A stretch of DNA of 59,011 nt, the filler included, from Catajapyx aquilonaris (Eukaryota): NCBI GenBank assembly GCA_000934665.2. It is 3 parts of 3 records of this genome, joined end to end, with 100 filler letters (N's around TTAATTAATTAA, not from the genome) between each part and the next. Parts side by side here need not be neighbours in the genome. Positions count along the whole stretch, not along the records: positions 39,397 to 59,011 come from JYFJ02006441.1; 2 more parts are not named here. One strand, given 5' to 3'. Below the pieces are notes generated by a model that searched no databases, was not told the DNA's origin, and saw only the letters and a list, made by a program, of their open reading frames with translations. Positions 50,393 through 59,011 of the stretch are shown piece after piece (within the stretch, counting starts at the first letter, position 1; every line of letters starts with the position of its first letter). The position numbers and the translations under genes were made by a program.

Positions 50393-51605
50393 GCTGAGTA
50401 CCAAGGACGGCAATGTCCGAAAGCAAGTATCAACGGCGATGGACAATTCAACAAATGAACATGGAGGATCGAGTGGAGGTCACTATTCGCCTGCAGAGTC
50501 TACGAAAAAAAGGGAAGATCCTTCACGTCCATTTCACATGGACAACTCTCAAAAGACACTCGGGGCTGCTGATGCCTTACTTCACGAAGGGAGATGGAAA
50601 GATTCGCCAGCAGATAACATGGAGGTTTTACCAAAACTAGATGGGGAGTTGGGTCGTGACCATCTGGACAGGCCTACTCTTCAGACAAAGCATGGCATGG
50701 CCGATGTGATAGGTAACCAAGGGAAGACCGAGGAAGTCTTGCGGGCTTACAGAGAGGATTGGGATGAGATGAAGAAAGTGTTGGGCTATGACCATCTGGA
50801 CACTCTTAGCACAAAGATGAACATGGCCTACACGCTTCGGGACCAACGGAAGCACGAGGAAGCCTTGCGTGTTTACAGGGAGGTTTTGGACAAGCGGGAA
50901 AAAGTGCTGGGTCATGATCATCCAGACACTCTTTGGACAAAGAGCAACGTGGCCTACACCCTAAGGCAGCAAGGGAAGCACAAAGAAGCCTTGCTGGTTT
51001 ACAGGGAGGTTTTGGGTAAGCAGGAAAAAGTGTTAGGTCATGACCATCTGGATACTCTTTGGACAAAGAGTAACATGGCCTACACGCTAGAGCAGCAGGG
51101 GAAGCACGTCGAAGCCTTGCTGGCTTACAGGGAGGTTTTGGATAAGATGGAAAAAGTGTTGGGCCATGACCATCCGGACGTTCTTTTGACAACGCATGAA
51201 ATGGCAGGGGTGTTATGTGACCAAGGGAAGTACGAGGAAGCCTTGCGTGTTTACAGGGAGGTTTTGGATAAGAGGGAAAAGGTGTTGGGCCATGACCATC
51301 CGGACGCTCTTAAGACAAATCATAACATAGCAGTGGTGCTGCGGAAGCAAGGGAAGGATGAGGAAGCCTTGCGGGCATACATGGAGGTTTTGGAGAAGAT
51401 GGAAAAAGTGCTGGGCCATGACCATCCGGACACTCTTCAGGCAAAACATAACATGGCTTACACGCTTCAGCAGCAAGGGAAGCAAGACGAAGCATTACTT
51501 GTTTTCAGTGAGGCTTTGGAGAAGAGAGAAAAAGTGTTGGGTCATGACCATCCGGACACTCTTGGGACAAAGCAGAAGATTGACTTACTGACGACTAAGA
51601 ACTAA
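50393..51605 (+). CDS. ANK-kinase-TPR gene, coding exon 3: linker plus 42-aa TPR repeats (kinesin-light-chain/NPHP3-like type)
   Basis: Acceptor catttcag| is phase-2 compatible (TG+G=Trp) and reads open into the 50439-51605 ORF. Repeats LGHDHPDTLxTKxNxAxxLxxQGKxEEALxxYREVLxKxEKV. Spliced CDS 533+927+1213=2673 nt, 890 aa. Confidence 0.88.
50649..51602 (+). repeat. Coding tandem repeat, 126-bp period (TPR units)
   Basis: Unit starts at 50649, 50781, 50907, 51033, 51159, 51285, 51411 and 51537 (last partial); strong nucleotide-level similarity between units. Confidence 0.95.
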
Positions 51606-52039
51606 ACCCGTCTGTGATTTACTCAGCGACGTAAAGCATTTTAAATTGTTGTTAAGCATACTTACTGGGTCAATATTTAAAAAATATATATATTTTTAAG
51701 TGTAGACTTTCCATTGCTGTTAACCCGTGTCCCAAGTAGGTACTTTTGCAATGCTACTCGTGTCTTGCAATGTGGTTAATGCTTCAGCACCAGGATTGAA
51801 GAGCACATGAATGAAGGATCGAGTACCAATCACTTGTACGTAACACTTCCTCTCATTTTTTGCGAGGAACAGGATAGGGATCCAGCCTGATGTGACTACT
51901 ACACCTTCCATCCGCAATTTACACCCACTGCGACACATGCAGAGAAGCAATTGTCAAGAGTAAAAAAGTTTGGGCAAATTGGAAATGAAATTGGCCAAGG
52001 CTGCTTCTAGAAATGTCTGCAGAAAAAAGGTTCTGATCA

Positions 52040-52465
52040 GGCCTCCTTCGCCCAATTTGACCCTCTCTTTTTTTACTGCCTGCTCCTTCATACTTGGCCG
52101 CCGACAATGAGGGCCCAACGAGGTGAGGAAAAGGTAAGGAGTCGCAAGATGGAGATGGAGGAACCCTTCTCTCTTTTTACGAGATCTTCCTTTTCCCCCC
52201 ACTCGATTCTCTCCGGTCCTCTCTGGAGGAATGGAAAAGGGTCAAGGAGGAGCCATGAAATGGGTGAGAGCCCTTCTTAGTATAAAAAAGCCCCTTTCAA
52301 CTAATTGTGTAGCAGCACAACTCTGGCCAGGAAACATTCCTCTTCTCTCGCCTTCACCACACTCCTCCAATCTCTTTTATTCCTCCAAGACTCAATCTGG
52401 AAAACCACAATTTCGCTCTCAGCGTAGAGGGTGGTCCAGTCAGAATCTGGATGAAGGGTGTGCCC
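52040..52465. repeat. Dispersed repeat, diverged direct copy at ~56595-56980
   Basis: Shared blocks cccaatttgaccc, gacaatgaggg.ccaacgaggtgaggaaaag, gattctctcc.gtcc and ccaggaaa.attcct.ttctcgcct occur in the same order. Confidence 0.75.
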
Positions 52466-55400
52466 CCATGGATGCTGCAGACCTTACCCGGGTCATTAAC
52501 TATACTCCGTGTAATGGCGTCGTAAATGTTGGCAGAATATCCTGGGCGTGTGTAAAAGACGCAACTTCCGGAGAGTATTCCCCTGCCGGACATGAATGAC
52601 AAGAGACTCTGGAGGGGGAAAAAGGGCTTCATTAGACCAACTCCATGGGACATCACATTCGACAATATATCTGATGGCATCAGTTGCGGGAAAACGGACA
52701 AAAGCATTTGTGATCAAACATCAAAAGCAGGAGCTGAACTGGCACAGCTCATCATCAGTAGCTTATTGTCGCACCCTATTTGCACAGCAATAGATCAATG
52801 CCGGACAGCAAATTTTGCACCATTCGCCAATTATTATAGGTTTGGGCAAATGCTGACATCGGCCCTTTTTTGTTGGGTTGGATTGTTCAACAGTTAGATG
52901 AAAGCTTGCTGAATAGTGTAATGTGGGATTAACGTGCGAATAATGCTAGAAAGGCTGCAGTTTAATCAAACGTCTGCGCTGGAATATTTTACATGATTTT
53001 ATATTTATTACTCTTATTTGCAAACAATTTGAGCTCTATTGATGACATGACCCGATTTTAGACAATTTATGTCAAATGCCTTCCACGTTTTGCAAGCCGA
53101 AGATTACCTTTGATGTAACGTAATGCTCTCAGCTCGTGTCGCACTAACTTGAGAGTACGTGGCTGAAATTAGTATTTCGCAACAAGATGAATAATTAATG
53201 TTCGTGTGAGTGACGCAACTTGCCTCCGGATTGTTTCGCTCCGGATGGGATTGCAACACGTGTCTGCATGCAAATCATAACACTCTGTTTATGTCAAGCT
53301 CTGTTTTTGCCGTTAAACCTTGCAATCTGAATAATGTTTCGCATACATAAATTACGACTGCAAGATGTGGGAAAACCTAAGCCGAAAATAAACAAGCCGT
53401 TCTCACAGACTGTAATGTTGCTTAGCATGCATTGTTTCAATCAGATTCGGACAACCCAAGATTAATCTTACCAACTGCTAACAAAAAAGGCACAAAGATT
53501 ATTATTCACCTTTCCACCACCTGGTGTTTCACAAAGAATGATGTAAACAAACTTCTAGTGTAAATCACTTTAGGATGGACTATACGGAATTCCGGACTGA
53601 CCAAGGCAATATGTGGCCCTGAAGCCCCTCCATCCCATTTATGTATTTTTTATTTATTCCAGCCATATTTTCCAAGCCCGACTGTGATTGGCACGTGAGC
53701 AATGACGATACCTGCAAGCCACCAATCCGACACCATGATTATAAGAAAGGCCAACTTTTCATCAACTATTCCAAGCTCCGAAAATTTCATTTCGCTTTCT
53801 TTTTTTTCTGAAAGCTTCCCACCCCCACCCACCAGCCCTTGACACCAGCAGGTGACGCCTAGCTTTTAATTGAAACACTAGCGCCCCCACCCATTCAGAT
53901 CGTTGCCCTTTTGTCACAGCAAAGTTATTTTGTCAGAAAGTCAGCCATTGTCACACACTCTCTAAACAAAATTGGCACAAATTTTAATCGAGTCGATTGA
54001 AGGAACCAGTTGCTAATGTCAACAATCGTTATTTGGATATGAATATGTTTAATTAATCATTACGATCTATGTTAGGTGCGTCATGTCACGATCAAAAAAA
54101 CACGGCTTACATGCCAAGATAGGTCAGGTTAGGTTAGGTCCTAAACTTTATTTGTGTGCACGTAAACCAAGCAAGATTTATTTGTCAGGCAGCGCTCGAC
54201 TTCAGGCATGGCCAAAGCAGCAGGGATCGATCTGGCCTAGATATTCGTCCTCTTTGGGCCTCATTTTGGGACCAGGACCGATTTTTGGGGGCCTCCGAAA
54301 TACACTCCTAAATTTCCTGTCACTTTCTCTTAAACACTGGTTAAGAGACGGGAAGAAATAATCGTCGGCTGGCCAAGTGCGAATGTTTAAGGCCAAGTGG
54401 TTCAGCTCAAATTTGTAGCAATCCATTGGCTAATGAATGACCCTTCATTTCTCATCCGGTTGGACCAATTAGCCCCACCCAGTGCAAGGAAGGAAAGAAA
54501 CGGATTGTGGAGCAAGGAAACCTTCTGGAGACGACATTATTGCTGGGCCATTTCTCCTCCTCAAAATTGCCCTCCGCCTCCCCCATTCTTACCCTCTCTT
54601 CGATGGTCAGACACTACCAGATTGCCCTCCACTTCATCCGACTCTCCTGCATCAAAGTCAACACCAGCAGTCGCGCAACAATGCCAATAATAATACAAAA
54701 GGGGCTTACCCATAAGGTCATTCCCACATTATGGCGCGTTCAGACCCGAATCCAACGCGTTCACTGATTGGCCCGAACGTACTCAACACGCACTCGTGCG
54801 TTTCCCTGCGTCTGAGCGCGTTCGTGCTGCTTGCACAGGACAGGCTGCGACGGCGTCCGAGGCGCCACTGATCCCGCGACGCCTACTTCATCCACCCGCT
54901 GGATCTGCGCCTGACACTATCTGTGCGCCAACATATACAAGGTGCAGATTATCCACTCCAGCAACCACTTTCAAGAGAAAGCAACCCTTTAGACAAATTC
55001 CATAAAATTCATATCAAGGGTACAGGCGTGCCCTAAAGTGTCATGGCGGCTGTAGTTCGCGCGACTTCCTATGGCGGCGCCACCTGCTTCACTCGGTGTT
55101 ATCCGATATATCCTCGTAATGCAATAGAGTCGTGTGTATTCGGCAGCTGCAGACCGAGGCGTCCCTTCCAGCCGAGCAAGATCTCTCGTTTATCCCTGAT
55201 GAATCTTCTGACTATTTGGCGCCTCTTCCTTCCCACCCTGCCTCCCCATCCTTTTGTCTTCTGCTGGGACAATGGGGAGAGGAGGAGAAGAGGGGATCAA
55301 CGGCCCTTAACTCCTCGTTTAGACGCCACCCACCCATTGGCTGACAGATATGGCGGAGAAAGGAAGAGGGGAAAGGAGGAAAAGCCTCCCCCGAGGAGGA

Positions 55401-58400
55401 TTTAGCCCCATGTTGGCAGCCTTTCATGCACTTCTTTTTCTAACACGATGTGTCCAAATGCGGCAGGAACCTTTCGATACATGTTCATCCCAGCAACATG
55501 TGTACACAATGCCGTACTCCTAGAGACATAAGTGTGCTGGAACTGCGCCAATCCTGTTTCAGTTTCCTTATTACTGCAGGGAAATATGTCTGGTTGTCCC
55601 CGCTGAGTTGGTAGTCAGTTGGTCCTAAAGTGTCCGAAATTCCATCGTTAGTGCGAAAGAGCTGCTCCATCTGGTTCCGCCTCCTTTTGTTTCTCCTCTG
55701 GCAAATAAATAACATGGCTGCATCTGGATCTGTGGAGCTGGAGTATGCTGCAGGAGAATCAGTCTGGTTTGCATTATTAGCAAGCCCGTATTGTCCTTTC
55801 TCTCACCACAGAGGACGCCATTGTGACTCTGCCTTTTCATATTAGCTAGAAAATTTATGTAACCATAAGGAAAGAAAGACCTTCTCATTTTGGACAGACG
55901 CGTTAACGTAAGGCGCTCTAAACAGGATTTTTACGAGCGCATACGAGTGCGCACCCTCACTCGCGCAGCTCTATTGTTCTGACAACAATGTAGCCAGAGT
56001 TCGTTCCAACAACTTGGCAACGTCGCAAACGCCACCAAGCATAGCATTGTAAATAAGTGCACACCCACTATACCGAGAGCATAATTTATCATTGATAATG
56101 CCAACCCTGCACGCTGCGCGAACTGTGATGCGCAGTCGGTTGATCTCATACAAAACCGCGCAGAGAGAGGTGAATCTGGTTTATCCCCCTTAAGTTTCAC
56201 CTTGCTCTAGTGCTAGTTGTCTCCAGGGTTGAAAAGGGTGCAAATAATACTCCCCATTGCAATGATCCAAAGTGATGAATGAGTCCAGATTTGGGATGGA
56301 CAGCCCGGGCATAGAGTCGGCTCACGCTGGCCAATACATACAGTGCATGCCTTCAACTCCTGGGCCATTTGTCATCCAATCCTGCTCCATCTGTACCTCC
56401 CCAGTCAGGTCACGTCCCCCACCCGCCCACGCCCTACATATTTTTCTTTTCATTCACCTAGTCTCTGGACCAAAGGGTGAGACCAACCAAAAATTGGGAC
56501 TCATCCGCACTTTTAAAACACAAACTACTCATATGTACGATGTGCAGGATTTGGCCTGCTTATAAGGTGGAGAAGAGTCTGCAAAAAAGTCGAGTGGTCA
56601 GGACCCCCAATTTGACCCAGTCTTTTTACTACCTGGCCCCTGTTCCGGACAATGAGGGTCCAACGAGGTGAGGAAAAGAGGTAGTGGAGTAGATGGGCCC
56701 TTTTCCCTTTTGATGGGCCTAACCCCCTATCTTTCTCCACTGGATTCTCTCCAGTCCCTGGCTGAAGATGGGGGAAATAAGGGTGCAATCTCTCCTCATC
56801 TCTTCTGGACCACAATCTCCTTACGCAAGTACATCCAACTAATTGCGTGCCACTGAAACTATCCCAGGAAAACATTCCTTTTCTCGCCTCCACTGCACAC
56901 TCACTCCTACTCCTTTTACGGCTCCAGGACAAATAATCTGGAAACCGCCATTTGGACTCTTCCAGACCTGATGAGGGGCCACATTTCGCAACAAAAAATA
57001 CGTATATCAGTGCCATTGCAAATTGTGCGGGCCTTTTGCCTACAAGAACTGCATATTTTAAAATCTGAAATAAGAACAAGTTTATGAGTAATTTGGATCA
57101 TATTCTGTAGTGGTAAATTCAGACACCACTCACAGTCAGTTGAAATCAACAGTATCAATTTCCAGACTCAAAATCGTGTAATTTCCTCTAAATGTGTTTA
57201 AATAAGCTGAAATAAATTGTGGTAAGATCTGTACTTTTTCATTATACTTACCTGCCAACAATTGATGAGTCCGGCAAGTATGATGACGATCGGTTAAGAT
57301 GATCGGTCGATTATCTCCACCTAAAAGGTGCAAACCCCACCTCTCGCGCCATCTGTGAGCTGGGACGCGAAGTAAAGCCAACCAAGCTTTGATGCAATTT
57401 TACTGAAACATTTCTTGATCTCTTATTTCTTTTTTTAATCAGATGAAAAGGCAGGTAGATACATGTCGTAAACTATATGATTACCAGTTGTAATAAATAG
57501 TGCACATAATGTGAGAGATCTTTTTCGCTAATAAAATTTGCCCACTCTTGAATAAAACTCGTGTTGCTGTTGAGATGTTGATAGTGTTGAGCTGTTGATA
57601 CTTCGCAGGGCAAACCCTACTCCCTGAGTAGATGTGCCAGTCAGCTTGTTTGTTTTTCAACAGGGGCATTCATTTGCCTGGCTGTGTACAAGAAGAGAGA
57701 AAAAACCAAAACAGCACCCACGGGTCATGAAATATTCATTCCTCGTGCAAAAAAAATCAGACGTTAAAATTGCGAAACCTCGAAGTGGCAGACTCACATC
57801 TGAAAGAGCGACAGGACTAGAGAGAAAAAGGCCAGCTGTAACCATGCCTAACGAAAATATCTGGGTTCTATTCTCACCAATTTTTGTGCCTACGTAACTT
57901 TCAGCTTCTCTGTTTTTAGTCATTTTGTCAGAACTAGCACGCCATTGTAGGGACGATAGTCCCTATAAGTAAGATCCTCGTGCAAAAACAACAATGAAAA
58001 TTTTCCTTGTTGTTGTTCTTGTTGTTGTTGTTGTTCAGAGGACGTTTTTCTGTCAAGCATATCTCAAAACCCGTTGCAAGTACAGCCTTCATATTTTGAA
58101 CACGTATCCGGCCCGACGTGCTGCAGTGCCCGATCCCCTACACAAAAAACCCAAGGACGTAATAGAACCCCGAAATAAAATTATAAACGAATAATTCATT
58201 ATGAGCAGCAATGCGTGCAACTGGAATCCATGTGTGACAAGAGTCACACATTATTTAGAATATTATTTTGTGTAAATATCATCTCTACACATTATGCTGA
58301 ATTACGTACGCTAACTGCTTAAATAAATATATGCTTCACCTTATTTTCATTACATTATTATTAAATAAACATTTCATTCATTCAACTTGTTATATATTTC

Positions 58401-58650
58401 ATTCAGTTTCCACGGTATCCTCCTTAGGCGTCAACAGTTGAGTGACTCGATTATGACTGTGCTGTTGCCAACCTTCAAATATTATTGAATTTGTCTTAGA
58501 TACGATAACTCTATCATGTTCGTATGAATTCCATTCGATCTTCGTGTCATCAGTCCTCCTGCACCCTTCAACCACTTAAACTAACTAAACTGAAACTATC
58601 TTGATTTTGGTAAGTTAATGCATTTATAATCCACGCAGGCTTCGTAAACC

Positions 58651-58798
58651 CAAGTGGGTAATCACTTCGGTACTCCGGTGTACACCTGGGAGTGGTACTC
58701 CCTGGTACTCCTCAGGCACCTCACTCTTTATTACTCCGTGGTACTTCTTGAATTTGGTACTCCAGTGTACACTTTCCAGTCGAGTGATTACCCCCTTG
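58651..58798. mobile_element. MITE with 8-bp TSD (P-like termini)
   Basis: CAAG(T)GGGTAATCACT...AGTGATTACCCCCTTG; exact TSD CGTAAACC. Confidence 0.85.
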
Positions 58799-59011
58799 CG
58801 TAAACCCCTGCGGTTCGTCCTTGCCGGTATACGTAGCCCAACCAGTATAAGACTTTGGTGTTGCCCCCTTTCTCCTCCCGCTGATTCGAACGGCAACCCT
58901 TACCACATAGGCACACGACGCCCGTATGATATATGACTTTAGTGTTATTCTCACTCCCAATAACCGACTTTCTTCCCTTTCTCTCACCATCATGTACCAG
59001 GATGATGAGAG

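Noticed and set aside
56960..57000. CTGATGAG as a possible hammerhead ribozyme or Penelope end (also 31689)
   Set aside because: No stem II followed by GAAA could be formed.

Overview
This window is eukaryotic genomic DNA, probably from an arthropod or other invertebrate, with spliceosomal introns, dense transposon debris and two artificial 100-nt scaffold spacers. Two protein-coding genes are well supported. (1) The 3' four exons of a sphingolipid delta(4)-desaturase (DEGS1/ifc-like, +, 21108-31274); its 5' exons are missing, probably in the gap at 19663-19762. (2) A three-exon, 890-aa gene (+, 48081-51605) that fuses ankyrin repeats, a PERK-type eIF2-alpha kinase domain with intact catalytic motifs, and about 7.5 highly similar 42-aa TPR repeats, one module per exon. 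This ANK-eIF2aK-TPR architecture has no PERK lumenal or transmembrane part and lacks the usual eIF2aK dimer salt bridge. It is the most interesting object here: a candidate cytosolic sensor-kinase of an undescribed innate-immune or translation-shutoff type (function is inference). There are also exon-like segments of a possible unrecognised minus-strand gene (signal-peptide exon at 41.4 kb, phase-compatible exons at 12-16 kb) that may enclose the desaturase. The rest is a record of nested non-autonomous elements (hAT, Kolobok, piggyBac, PIF/Harbinger, Tc1/mariner, Sola-like, P-like, Helitron, RTE LINE, three tRNA-derived SINE families), many with readable TSDs. All calls were made by eye; no database searches were run.
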